This document shows positions 34,894-45,600 of a stretch of 64,000 nucleotides of DNA, in pieces (the first letter of the stretch is position 1; each line of letters starts with the position of its first letter). Under the pieces are notes generated by a model. The model made no database searches and was not told the DNA's origin. It saw only the letters and a list, made by a program, of their open reading frames with translations. Source of the stretch: Candidatus Tenderia sp. (GTDB taxonomy: Bacteria; Pseudomonadota; Gammaproteobacteria; Tenderiales; Tenderiaceae); NCBI GenBank assembly GCA_031416075.1, contig JANOSY010000047.1, positions 3,427 to 67,426 of the forward strand. The letters are read 5' to 3'. Made by a program: the position numbers and the translations under genes.

Positions 34894-34920
34894 CCACTAT
34901 TTCCACAAGGATGTTAACCC

Positions 34921-36873
34921 ATGACACTGCATCGAGAACTCACCATTGCCATCTCACTGCTGTTTATTGCCCTGTTTCTTGGCACCTGGATTACCAACAT
35001 TCAGGGCACCCGTTCATTTCTGGAACAGCAGCTCGCCTCACACGCACAGGATACCGCCACCTCCCTTGGTCTATCACTCTCCCCACACATGCAGGAGAAC
35101 GACCTGATCACCATGGACTCCATGGTCAGCTCTATTTTCGATCGGGGCTATTACCGGGAGATTGTAGTCACCGATATGGAGGGCACGCCCATTGTCGAAA
35201 AGTATTTGCCCGTGAATATTGAAAACGTTCCGGATTGGCTGGTTGCATGGATACCACTACAAACACCTACACGCTCCTCACTCATTATGTCCGGCTGGAA
35301 ACAAGCTGCCACCATTCAGGTCAGCAGCCATCCCGGTTATGCCTATATGGAGCTCTGGTCATCCACAAAAATAATGCTCGGCTGGTTTGCCATGCTCACT
35401 ATTTTGAGCATCGGCATCACCAGTATCGCCCTGCGCTTCCTGCTAAAACCGTTAAAAGCGGTAGAAAAACAGGCGGAGGAGATTAGTGCACGCAAATATG
35501 AGTTACAAACAACGCTACCCAGAACCCGTGAGTTACGCAATGTTGTTGTTGCCATGAACCGGATGACCGACAAAGTAAGAGAGATGTTTGATGCCCAGGC
35601 TAGTACCACAGAACGTTTGCGTGAGCTTGCGTATGCAGATCCTCTCACCGGCTTGAGTAACCGACGGTATTTCGAAACCCAAGGAGAGTCCTATCTCGAC
35701 ACCGCCATTAGCCAAGGGGCGCTGCTACTAATTCGCCTGGAGGGTCTGCAGGCGTTAAATGTGAGCAGTGGTTTTGCCACCGGCGATCAATTTATTAAAA
35801 CGGCCGCCTCACAGCTGAGCAATTTAATGCCCACTGACGAAAACCTGCTCTTGGCACGGCTCACCGGCGGCGATTTTGCTGTGTTAATAAAAGATGTTAC
35901 CGATGCACGAACAGAAGAGCTCGCCACACAAATCACCCATCAGCTGGCACAGCTTTACCCGGATGGGGTAGCGCACACCCAGAATGTAGTGCAAATAGGG
36001 GTAGCTATCTATTCACAGGGTGATGACTTTCATGCACTGCTTGCACAAGCAGATACCGCGTTGCGTTCCGCACAGGCAGCCGCACCCAACAGCTGGGCAC
36101 GCTTCAAACGCAGCGATCACTCAAGCAGCCAGAGCCTGGGGCGTCAGGAGTGGATATTGCAACTCAAACAGGCCATCGATAAAAAACTCTTTGTTCTCTA
36201 TGCACAACAGGCCATGGAGCTGAAATCACCACAACATCGTTTGCACCATGAGGTGCTACTACGACTACCCAGTGAAGATGGAAAGTTATTCACCGCTGAC
36301 CGATTCATGCCGTTTGCAGCACAGCTTAATATGATTAAAGAGATCGATTTTCTGGTTATTGAAAAAGTGGCTTCACATCTCTCACACAGGCAACACTCCA
36401 CCCCTGTTGCAATCAACCTATCGTCTGCAACAATGAAAGATGAGGTGTTCATTGAAAAAATTCTGCATACATTACAGACATGCCAAACCACATTGATCTT
36501 CGAGGTATCGGAGTTTATTGCTGTCCGTGAACTGGACCATGTAAAGCGATTTGCAAAACAGATTCATGCCCTGGGCCACCATATTGCCGTCGATCATTTT
36601 GGACGTGCCTTCAGCTCATTTGGCTACCTTCAATCCCTACGCCCAATATACGTAAAAATTGATGGCGCTTTTACACTCAATATTGCCAATGACAAAGACA
36701 AGCAGTTTTACATACGCTCACTCTGTAGTGTTGCACATAGTCTGGACATACAAACAATCGTATCGGGTATTGAACATCAAGAGCTGTGGCCAACACTGGC
36801 ATCACTCAATATTGATGGGGTGCAAGGTTATGCGTCAGGCGAAATAGTTCCACTAGAGCAGCTCGGGCAATAA
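34921..36873 (+). CDS. lapD: LapD-like c-di-GMP receptor (LapD_MoxY_N–HAMP–degenerate GGDEF–degenerate EAL)
   Basis: Two TM segments flank a periplasmic domain. A HAMP domain is followed by a GGDEF-like domain with the degenerate motif LTGGDFAVL. An EAL-like domain carries EVLLR in place of EALxR. The gene is adjacent to lapG. Confidence 0.8.
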   Translation: MTLHRELTIAISLLFIALFLGTWITNIQGTRSFLEQQLASHAQDTATSLGLSLSPHMQENDLITMDSMVSSIFDRGYYREIVVTDMEGTPIVEKYLPVNIENVPDWLVAWIPLQTPTRSSLIMSGWKQAATIQVSSHPGYAYMELWSSTKIMLGWFAMLTILSIGITSIALRFLLKPLKAVEKQAEEISARKYELQTTLPRTRELRNVVVAMNRMTDKVREMFDAQASTTERLRELAYADPLTGLSNRRYFETQGESYLDTAISQGALLLIRLEGLQALNVSSGFATGDQFIKTAASQLSNLMPTDENLLLARLTGGDFAVLIKDVTDARTEELATQITHQLAQLYPDGVAHTQNVVQIGVAIYSQGDDFHALLAQADTALRSAQAAAPNSWARFKRSDHSSSQSLGRQEWILQLKQAIDKKLFVLYAQQAMELKSPQHRLHHEVLLRLPSEDGKLFTADRFMPFAAQLNMIKEIDFLVIEKVASHLSHRQHSTPVAINLSSATMKDEVFIEKILHTLQTCQTTLIFEVSEFIAVRELDHVKRFAKQIHALGHHIAVDHFGRAFSSFGYLQSLRPIYVKIDGAFTLNIANDKDKQFYIRSLCSVAHSLDIQTIVSGIEHQELWPTLASLNIDGVQGYASGEIVPLEQLGQ

Positions 36874-36906
36874 AAAAGCCCTCTGTAAAACAGAGGGCTT
36901 GTTATC
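36874..36906. terminator. Bidirectional rho-independent terminator between convergent lapD and lapE
   Basis: The sequence aaaaaagccctctgtaaaacagagggcttgtt forms a perfect 9-bp stem flanked by A-run/T-run. Confidence 0.8.
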
Positions 36907-36912
36907 CAACAA

Positions 36913-38799
36913 CTACTTCACTTCAGGTTCTACCTGCCGTGTTACCTTGATGTTAACCTCAACCCGGCGATTACTGGCACGCCCCTCTTCTGTTTTATTG
37001 GTTGCAACGGGAACATCTTCTCCCATCCCGTTCACCGACAACAGATCACGGCTTATACCACGGGATACCAGATATTCAGAAACGGCCTCAGCACGCCTCA
37101 ATGAGAGCGACTTATTGTGTACATCACTACCTTGGCTATCGGTATGACCCACAATCTCTACTCCACCGATATGTTTAATCTTACCCAGCTTAACAGAGAG
37201 TTCATCCAGTTCAGCCTTACCTGCCAGCTTAATCTCTGATTTGTTACTGTCAAATAGCGCGCCCGCTTCCAGTGTCAAACGCTCCAGAATCACTGGGGGC
37301 ATATTTTTCTCAATCACCACCGGGGCACCTGGCACCTCAACAATCCGCTCAACCACAATTTGAGAAGGGCGGGCAGGAGGTGGCGGGGCCATCGTCACTT
37401 TTGGTGCAGGCCCCAATGGTATTGCATAAGGCACCTGTTGTGCGGGGAACTCTGGCACACAGTTAATGGCTGGCACGTTATCGGTCAATGGCTGTGCTTC
37501 CGGGGGTAACTCCACCATCAAGGTACTTAAGAGCTTGCCTTCACCTGCCATCACACGGTAACTGGAAAAGAGCCGATCAAACTCTGCATTGGTAAACTCT
37601 TTACTGGCACCAAACACTTCATTTTCTGAATCAAGCAGATCCAGCAGGCTCCGCTGTCCCAGATTAAATTGGCTACGGTAGTTGTCTCGTGCACTCAGGG
37701 TGGACTCGAGGCGCTGTCTCAAATAGATTGTCTGGGCATCCGTTGTTTTGTACGCATTCCAGGAGAGCCTCATCCCTTCCACTACTTGACGGCAGGCGTG
37801 ATTACGGATCTCTTTGGCCTCATCGATCTGATGGAACGTCTGTGCCCGCCGTGCTTTATCCTTGCCACCGGCATATATGTTATAACGCATCCGTATCATG
37901 GCCGACAGCGTATTGTTATCACCTTCAACACCCGATAGATCTTCATTTTTTGAAGCACCCAACTCCAAATTCAATCTAGGCAGATAAGGTGCTTTTGCCA
38001 CATCATGCTGCTCCTTGGCTGCCTCAATATCGGCTGCCGCTGCTTTTAATACGGGGTGATTCTCCACCGCATATTTAACAGCGCCAGGCAGTGTTTCAGG
38101 GATTTTATCGAAAGGTGCTGAAGGCGCAGTCAAATTATTAGGGGCTGCATTCACCACTCTGTAGTAATTTATTTCAGCTTCGCGCAGGTTGCTCTCTTCT
38201 GCCATTAAATTAGACTTGGCCAATAACAAACGGCTTCGAGCTTGATCCACATCCACACCACGGCCAATACCGGAGGCACTACGTGAGCTGACCTGTTCAT
38301 AGGTTTTTTCGTGGCTGGCAAGATTATCTTGCGCTAATCTTATCAACTCCTGACGACGCAGCAGCTCAAGGTAAACCTCAGTAGTTCGCAAGGCAATCTG
38401 CTCTGCGGTAGCATGCATAGAGTAAGCGCGCGAATTAGCACGCTCCGTCTGACGCGCCACTTCATTGCTAATAGCACCACCCGCATAGAGTGGCTGGCTC
38501 AATGTTGCCCCCAGCTCTTTGCGAGTCAAACTACGCCAATCGTATCCCCCTGCACGAGTTGTAGGATTGTCACTTTTTTCCCGACCTATACCCGCATTAA
38601 GTTCAATGCTTGGATAATAGCCAGCCTTGGCCTGTCGCACCTCCTGATCAACAGCGAGACGAGTATTTATCTTTTCCAATACATCGGGATTAGTTGACAA
38701 CGTCTGCCGCACCACTTCTTCCAGGGTCTGGGCCTGTACAGAAGGGGCTGCGGCAAGTGCCATCAAGACCATAAGCCTGCTGCGCTTCAAGGTGATCAC
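36913..38799 (-). CDS. lapE: TolC-family type I secretion outer-membrane protein (LapE-like) fused to C-terminal OmpA-like peptidoglycan-binding domain
   Basis: The product has a signal peptide and two TolC-like repeats with coiled coils. A Pro-rich linker (MAPPPPARP) follows. The C-terminus carries an OmpA_C motif GHTDSQGSDVHNKSLSLRRAEAV...NRRVEV. Confidence 0.8.
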   Translation of the reverse strand: MITLKRSRLMVLMALAAAPSVQAQTLEEVVRQTLSTNPDVLEKINTRLAVDQEVRQAKAGYYPSIELNAGIGREKSDNPTTRAGGYDWRSLTRKELGATLSQPLYAGGAISNEVARQTERANSRAYSMHATAEQIALRTTEVYLELLRRQELIRLAQDNLASHEKTYEQVSSRSASGIGRGVDVDQARSRLLLAKSNLMAEESNLREAEINYYRVVNAAPNNLTAPSAPFDKIPETLPGAVKYAVENHPVLKAAAADIEAAKEQHDVAKAPYLPRLNLELGASKNEDLSGVEGDNNTLSAMIRMRYNIYAGGKDKARRAQTFHQIDEAKEIRNHACRQVVEGMRLSWNAYKTTDAQTIYLRQRLESTLSARDNYRSQFNLGQRSLLDLLDSENEVFGASKEFTNAEFDRLFSSYRVMAGEGKLLSTLMVELPPEAQPLTDNVPAINCVPEFPAQQVPYAIPLGPAPKVTMAPPPPARPSQIVVERIVEVPGAPVVIEKNMPPVILERLTLEAGALFDSNKSEIKLAGKAELDELSVKLGKIKHIGGVEIVGHTDSQGSDVHNKSLSLRRAEAVSEYLVSRGISRDLLSVNGMGEDVPVATNKTEEGRASNRRVEVNIKVTRQVEPEVK

Positions 38800-39089
38800 T
38801 AATATTCTCCATTTAGTTAATAAGCGGTTTTATAAAACCATATTCAAAACAAATCAATGCATTTATAGGCAATATTCAGACGTTTGCAGCGCTTCAACAT
38901 CTTGCACAACAACTAGATTACACGTCTGTGAAGCCCAATATTTATAAAACCCGCGTTTGCAACCATTGCCATGCCAATAATGACACCAAAAATATCAATG
39001 TCGCCGCTATTTTAAAAAATCGAATCAATAATTAAGAGTTTTTATATTTCATACATGTCCATCCATGGCCAATCGGTGGTGTAGCACCG

Positions 39090-40424
39090 CTAATGCTCAG
39101 TCAGCGCCCGCTCCTTAATTTTGAGGATTGGCTTAAGCAGATAGTCCAGCACCGTTTTTTTACCTGTCTTTATATCAATCACAGCAGTCATCCCTGGGAT
39201 AATATTCAATGGTTTCTTCTCCGTGCCTAAATAGCTCTTCTGAGTCCTAACCAAAACCCGGTAATTACTTTCTTCTCGCGCCCCATCTTTAGCCTGGTTT
39301 TTAATGGTATCAGCACTAATATGTTCCAACAAACCATCTAAGCCACCATAAATAGAGTAGTCATACGCTGAAATTTTAACGACAACAGCCTGGCCAGGAT
39401 GAATAAAAGCAATATCCGATGGTTTGATCTGCGCCTCAATCAAAAGCGAATCATCCAAGGGGACAATCTCCACCAAATCCATACCGGGTTGAACCACCCC
39501 ACCAATCGTGTTTATTTTCAACTGTTTTACAATCCCTTTGACAGGTGAAAGTACCAATGTGCGTGTCACTCTATCTTTCAGACCCAGTAATGTCTCCCTG
39601 GTCTCGGAAAGTTCAGCATTGGCCTCCGTCAGCTCATCCAGCGCTTTTGTACGAAAACCGATCTTAACATCCTCCATTTTGCGACTGATCTCATTCATGG
39701 CCGCTTCCAGCCGGGGAGCACTGAGCGATGCCTCATCCATCTCCCCTTTAATATCATTAACAGTACGCTGCAATCGTAAAATCTCTACGGGTGATATCGC
39801 CCCTTGCTGCACCAGCGGCTCTGACATGGCCAGCTCTTGTTTGGCCAGATTATAACTGCCTTTGAGTGTGTTTATTCGTGCACGCAGCTCATTTAGCTCC
39901 TGCTGTTTCTGTGTTTTTTGCTGTTTTAAAATATCTACTTTATTAGCCATTTCCATTTGACGCGAATCATACAATGCCTTTTGATTCTGAACGCTCCCCT
40001 GATTCTGCTTTTTTGCATCAAGGGCAGAACCTGAGTCATCTTTCACTTCTGTGGACAGTCTCTGAACACGTGCCAGAAGATCCTGATATTTATGTTCGGT
40101 CTCGCGAAAGGTTGAGGCAAAACGGGTATCATCGAGGCGCATCAACGGCTGATTTTTCTCTACCACATCCCCCTCCCCAACCAACACCTCCGATAAAATC
40201 CCCCCTTCCAGGTTTTGAATAACCTGGATTTTACTGGAAGGAATCACCTTGCCCTGCCCTGTCGCCATCTCATCCAAGGTGGCATTGGCCGCCCATATTA
40301 AGGCCACTATAAAAAACAGTGCGGTTACAATCAGAATCAGGTGGTAACGCAACCGAACACCAAATGAGCTTGCAGCAGCGACGTCGGAAATAAAATCCAA
40401 ATCTTCAGGGAAGAGTTTCTTCAT
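39090..40424 (-). CDS. lapC: HlyD-family type I secretion membrane fusion protein (LapC-like)
   Basis: The 444-aa product has an N-terminal TM helix, a long coiled coil and C-terminal beta domains. Its start overlaps the lapB stop. Confidence 0.85.
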   Translation of the reverse strand: MKKLFPEDLDFISDVAAASSFGVRLRYHLILIVTALFFIVALIWAANATLDEMATGQGKVIPSSKIQVIQNLEGGILSEVLVGEGDVVEKNQPLMRLDDTRFASTFRETEHKYQDLLARVQRLSTEVKDDSGSALDAKKQNQGSVQNQKALYDSRQMEMANKVDILKQQKTQKQQELNELRARINTLKGSYNLAKQELAMSEPLVQQGAISPVEILRLQRTVNDIKGEMDEASLSAPRLEAAMNEISRKMEDVKIGFRTKALDELTEANAELSETRETLLGLKDRVTRTLVLSPVKGIVKQLKINTIGGVVQPGMDLVEIVPLDDSLLIEAQIKPSDIAFIHPGQAVVVKISAYDYSIYGGLDGLLEHISADTIKNQAKDGAREESNYRVLVRTQKSYLGTEKKPLNIIPGMTAVIDIKTGKKTVLDYLLKPILKIKERALTEH

Positions 40425-42613
40425 GACTGCGCGACCTTTACCTTGCCGCTATTAAGGGCCTCAAGCACCTGCTCCTTGGGACCATCAGCCACAATACTGC
40501 CATTATCAACCACGATAATACGACTCACCAGTTTCAGCAGAGAGGCTCTATGCGTCACCAGCATCAAGGTTCTACCTGCCACACAATTTGCCAGACGCCC
40601 TTTAAGCTGCTCTTCCGTAGTATTGTCCATAGAGTTGCTCGGTTCATCCATAATCAAAATAGGGGGATCATGCAACATAGCCCGTGCAATGGCCATGGCC
40701 TGCCGTTGCCCTCCCGACAACCCTTCACCCCGCTCGCCAATTTGCAGATCAAAACCCATGGGGTGTCTGTTTACAAAGTCCGTTACCCCGCCAATTTCCG
40801 CCGCACGCAGTATGGCCGCATCTTCAGCATAGGGCATGCCCAGACAGATATTGTCTTTGACGTTACCGTAGAACAGCATAATATCCTGCGGAATGTAGCC
40901 AATATTACGGCGGATATCGATAGGATCGAGCTGTCGCATATCTGTACCATCAAACAAAATGGCCCCTTCTGATGGCTCATAGAGTCCCAATATCAGCTTC
41001 TCTAGCGTTGATTTCCCCGATCCCACTCGACCGATAATGGCAACATGCTCACCCGGAGTAATTTTAAACGAAACATCTTTCAGTACCTCCACCTCTTGCC
41101 CTGGATAACTGAAAGAGACATTTTTAAACTCTATTTCGCCAACAAATGAGTCTCGATGCAGAAACACCTTGTCATGACCACGCTCAAGAGGCATCTCCAT
41201 CATCTTACTTAACGTACCTAATGATGATTTGGCATGGTGATACTTGGTTAATGTAGCAACCACTTGTGACAATGGCGCTAACGCCCGACCGGTCAGAAGT
41301 GTACACGCCACTAACGCACCCACCGTCAACTCACCGGCAGCTATAAAATAGACACCCAGCAATATCACAGCAACCGTCGAGCTTTGTTGTACAAACGCAG
41401 TAAAGTTGGTGGCTGTCGATGACAGAAAACGGACTTTTAAACTCAGTTTGGCAATCGAACCGACTGCCTGCTCCCAATGGTGCTGCCGTGGGCCTTCTGC
41501 CCCCATGCTCTTGATGGTCTCAAGCCCGGTTAATGTCTCAATCAGCGCGCCATGTTTTTGTGCTGAGTGTTTATACATGTCATGAATAGTTCTGCCCAAT
41601 GGCACCTGAATTATCAAACTTACCACAACAGCCAGTGGCAACAACAATATAGGTATCCAGGCCAAATCACCGCCTATCATCCATATGATTAATATGAACA
41701 GTATTGCAAAAGGAAGATCAATCAATGCGGTCAGGGTAGTAGAGGTCAAAAAGTCTCTGACCGTCTCAAACTCCTGCAAATTATTTGCAAATGCGCCAAC
41801 AGATGCGGGTCGAGATGACATTTTAATACCCAGCATCCGTTCATACAGCGTTGCAGAAAGCATGATATCTGCACGTTTGCTGGCGACGTCAAGAAAATAT
41901 CCGCGTAATGCCCGCATAACAAAATCAAACAAAAAGACAACCATGACCCCAATCGCCAACGCCCACAAGGTCTCAATTGCGCTGTTTGGTACGACACGAT
42001 CATACACATTCATGGTGAATAGCGGCGTCACCAGCGCAAACACATTGATCAAGATCGAGGCAACAAACACTTCACTGTAGATTGGCCAAGACTGTTTTAT
42101 CGTATCCCAGAACCAGCGATTGGGACGGATTTGCTGAATGTTGTTGGTACGGCTGTCATATTTATATGCTGGCCGAACAAAAATAGCATGGCCACTATAA
42201 GTTTTAGCGAGTGTTTCTTGATCAATCTCAGCAACACCACCACCAGATTCGGGCTGAATAATACGCAGTTGACCACTGTCCGTAATAGACTCCAGAATGC
42301 AGGCCTGTTTGTTCGCCAATAACAGTATGGCTGGTAACACCAGCGCGGATATACTGCCCAGTGGCCGTTTAATCAAACGGGCAGATAGCCCTGCCCGCTC
42401 AGCCGCTCGTATAAAAAGTGTTGGTGTAAGTTTGTTGTCTACCAGAGGCAAAGCCGCTGTCACCGCCGCAGTGCACGGCCGCTCAAACATTTTAGCGATA
42501 ACCATCAGACATCCCAACAAGGGATCGTCATGCATCTCCCGCGAGACAGAAGACTCCCACGCAGCGGTGCCTGACTCAGTCGCACCCTGATCAGCTTGTT
42601 GTTGCATTACCAA
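40421..42613 (-). CDS. lapB: Type I secretion ABC transporter ATPase/permease with N-terminal C39-like domain (LapB-like)
   Basis: The 730-aa product has an N-terminal peptidase-C39-like domain, six TM helices, Walker A GRVGSGKST, the signature LSGGQRQ and Walker B ILIMDEP. Confidence 0.88.
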   Translation of the reverse strand: MVMQQQADQGATESGTAAWESSVSREMHDDPLLGCLMVIAKMFERPCTAAVTAALPLVDNKLTPTLFIRAAERAGLSARLIKRPLGSISALVLPAILLLANKQACILESITDSGQLRIIQPESGGGVAEIDQETLAKTYSGHAIFVRPAYKYDSRTNNIQQIRPNRWFWDTIKQSWPIYSEVFVASILINVFALVTPLFTMNVYDRVVPNSAIETLWALAIGVMVVFLFDFVMRALRGYFLDVASKRADIMLSATLYERMLGIKMSSRPASVGAFANNLQEFETVRDFLTSTTLTALIDLPFAILFILIIWMIGGDLAWIPILLLPLAVVVSLIIQVPLGRTIHDMYKHSAQKHGALIETLTGLETIKSMGAEGPRQHHWEQAVGSIAKLSLKVRFLSSTATNFTAFVQQSSTVAVILLGVYFIAAGELTVGALVACTLLTGRALAPLSQVVATLTKYHHAKSSLGTLSKMMEMPLERGHDKVFLHRDSFVGEIEFKNVSFSYPGQEVEVLKDVSFKITPGEHVAIIGRVGSGKSTLEKLILGLYEPSEGAILFDGTDMRQLDPIDIRRNIGYIPQDIMLFYGNVKDNICLGMPYAEDAAILRAAEIGGVTDFVNRHPMGFDLQIGERGEGLSGGQRQAMAIARAMLHDPPILIMDEPSNSMDNTTEEQLKGRLANCVAGRTLMLVTHRASLLKLVSRIIVVDNGSIVADGPKEQVLEALNSGKVKVAQS

Positions 42614-42662
42614 TATCCAGCACCCTTACTTTTAACATCACAGTTATCCAGCGGGATATTCA

Positions 42663-45600
42663 TCAATTCACGTGAACAATAACTTCAGTGCCCAGCTGAT
42701 CGATAATTAACTTAACATCTGCACCAGAGGTTATTCCTGACAACTTAACAACATTTGTACCATTAGCCGTTCCGTTAGGGTCAATGGAGAGCATGCCGGT
42801 TGCATCCACACGAACGAAGTTGTTGATATTTCCCTGCGTTACACTAACGCCCTCCAGCACATCTGCAATATTCAACTTATCATTTTCAGTCGGTGAGTTT
42901 TTATTGTAGTCAGTAATGGTGTCAATGCCCTCACCAATGTGGCGTATGACAAAAATATCGTCCCCTGCACCACCGGTGAGAATGTCATTACCACGCCCAC
43001 CAATCAGGACATCATTCAGGGCACCGCCAACCAAGGTATCGGCCCCATTACCGCCAAGAAGAACACGTGCATCTTGTCCTTTAACGGTAGCGCCCGCCGA
43101 ATTCACATAGTCATCAGTTAATATCGTGCCAATCGCCGTATCCGCACTGTCGTTAACAAAACCTGACACCACCTGTTTAACACGCAACGTCAGTGTTTCA
43201 TTCGGTTCAATACGATCATCCTCAGTCGTACGAACCCTGACCTGCATCTCGGTCTGTCCTGCAGCAAACGTCACCACGGTGCCAGTTGTTCCTGATGCAT
43301 TTATCCAGGTAGAGGCACCGACGACCCCAAGCGTTATGCCACCGTTAGGCGCATAATCACCCGTATAATTAGTGGAATACGTGAAATTTGTGGCTAAGAA
43401 ATCTGAATTTGCAATCGTGGCAGTTTTACCGAGCGCCTCCAGATCCAGGCTGATCGATTGTGCACTGGGTTTAGACAACTTCACCGTAAACAACAGATCA
43501 TTGCCTTCTGATGCCCAGGCATTGTTAATGGTAACCGCCTGATAATCAACATTATCAATAATCAGGACGCTCACGGGCGTGGTAATGGCGCTCACCGTAC
43601 CTGCCGCACTGGTAGCACTGGTGATCACGGCACTAATGGTTTCATTATTTTCATACACCGTATTGTCAATCGTTGGGATTGACACAATTACACTTACCGC
43701 ACCCGCCGGGATTGTCACTGTGCGTGTACCCGCACCACTATAATCACTACCGGATGATGCCGTATCACCGGGTTGGCCGATAACAAGCGTAACCACAGTA
43801 TCCACAGAGCTAGGTACCGTCTGGCGCAGTTCAAATATTATTGGCGCGCCTTCCGCCGCATTGGATGCCACCAGATAAACCGTAGGCAACTCAGTGATAC
43901 CCGCTGTAGCAGAGGCCATTGCACCGTTGGATTCTGTGGCTGTGACAGCGCCCTTCATCGCGTTAATTTGCTCACCACTAAGAGGCGCTTGTGACAATAT
44001 CGTGATGGTTTTACTAACATCAGAGGTCACAGGGATAGTAGCGCTGCCATTAATAACAGCAATGGCTGATCCATCCGCCCCTTTTAATGTTGCACCCGCT
44101 GGAATATTGCTGAGTGTTACTGCTGATAAACTCTCACTACCATCCTTATCATTCAGCCCAGCCAGGACATTCACCGAATACTGATACCCAGTGATAGAGG
44201 GTTGGGTCACCTGCACATTGTCAAACTCCACACCATTGTCATTATCAAACACATACATACCAATGGTTTTTATTGCTGGGGCCGATTTTGCACCATTCAC
44301 CACTGTGCCATAGGTGTAAGAGATCGATGGATTAACGCCAGGATTCTGACCAGTATCATCCTTCAGATACACCTTAATATCTGTCTGACTCACCTGGACT
44401 TTCATGTTAAATCCATTTGGCGTTGCAAAATTACTATAGGCACCCAAATAGACTGGTGCACCGTTAACCATCTGCACAAGCGTTATTTGATTGGCCACGC
44501 CAGGATAGTTTCCATACTGACTACCGCCAGGCAGATAAATATCACCCGGATTTTCCCACCGCGCCATAAAATAATTACTGTCATCGGTATAACCAAAAAC
44601 AATCCCCACTCCGTTATTTTGCTGGCTGGCATCATAACCAAAAAGATCGGCAGATACGGCGTACTGAGTTACCGTGCTGAAACCTTTATTGGCAAGATTA
44701 AACGCCATCATTCCGTAAGCATCATCACTACCAGATCCACCATTTGCGTTATAGGTTAATTGATCAGTCGTAGTGTTGACCTTCCAGAAATCGAGCCACT
44801 CACTATCAGATGTATTTCCCTGCCACGCCACTGAGTTGAATGGAGTACTTTCATTGAGTGCTGTACTGGGATTATCAACAAAACTATTAAACGCCAGCTT
44901 GGTTGGAGTCCAGCCAGCGTTCTCAAAACCATCCGTAAAGGTCTCTTTAAGAATAGTTTGCGTAGCGGCAACCGGCTCCATCGCAGTTAAATTCAACTTC
45001 AATGAGGGTGCATCAGCCACTGGCGTTACATTGATGTTTGCTGTTGCCGTACTGGTACCACCATGGCCATCATTCACAGTATAGATAAAGCTGGCGGCAC
45101 CACTGTAATTGGTGACTGGCGTGAAGCTGATCGTCCCATCCGCATTAAGCACAACAGTTCCATTTGTCGCCGCGCCCACAGAAGTAATAACAAGCGTATC
45201 ACCATCTGCATCAACATCATTAGCCAACAATACAGATGGCAGAACAGTAAGCTTCACATCCTCCGCCGTCGAGAGTTGATCATTTTTAGCAACTGGGACA
45301 TTGTTATCAAGAATAGTCCCCACAACGGACACCGAGGTATAACCCACCGCTCCATTAACATTCTCAGCCAAAACAATTTTGGCGCTAAACGTCTCATTCC
45401 CTTCAACCAACGCATCCATCATTGTCGGTACCGACACAATGACTGAGGTACTTCCCGCTGGGATAATAAAAGTATACGTTCCTGCCACGTAATCCACGCC
45501 AGCCATTGCAGTATCACTTTTATTCGTAAAAATAGTGACCGTAACGGTTGTATCGCGACTACTGACTTTATTCAGATTCACAACAAATGAAACATCGCCC

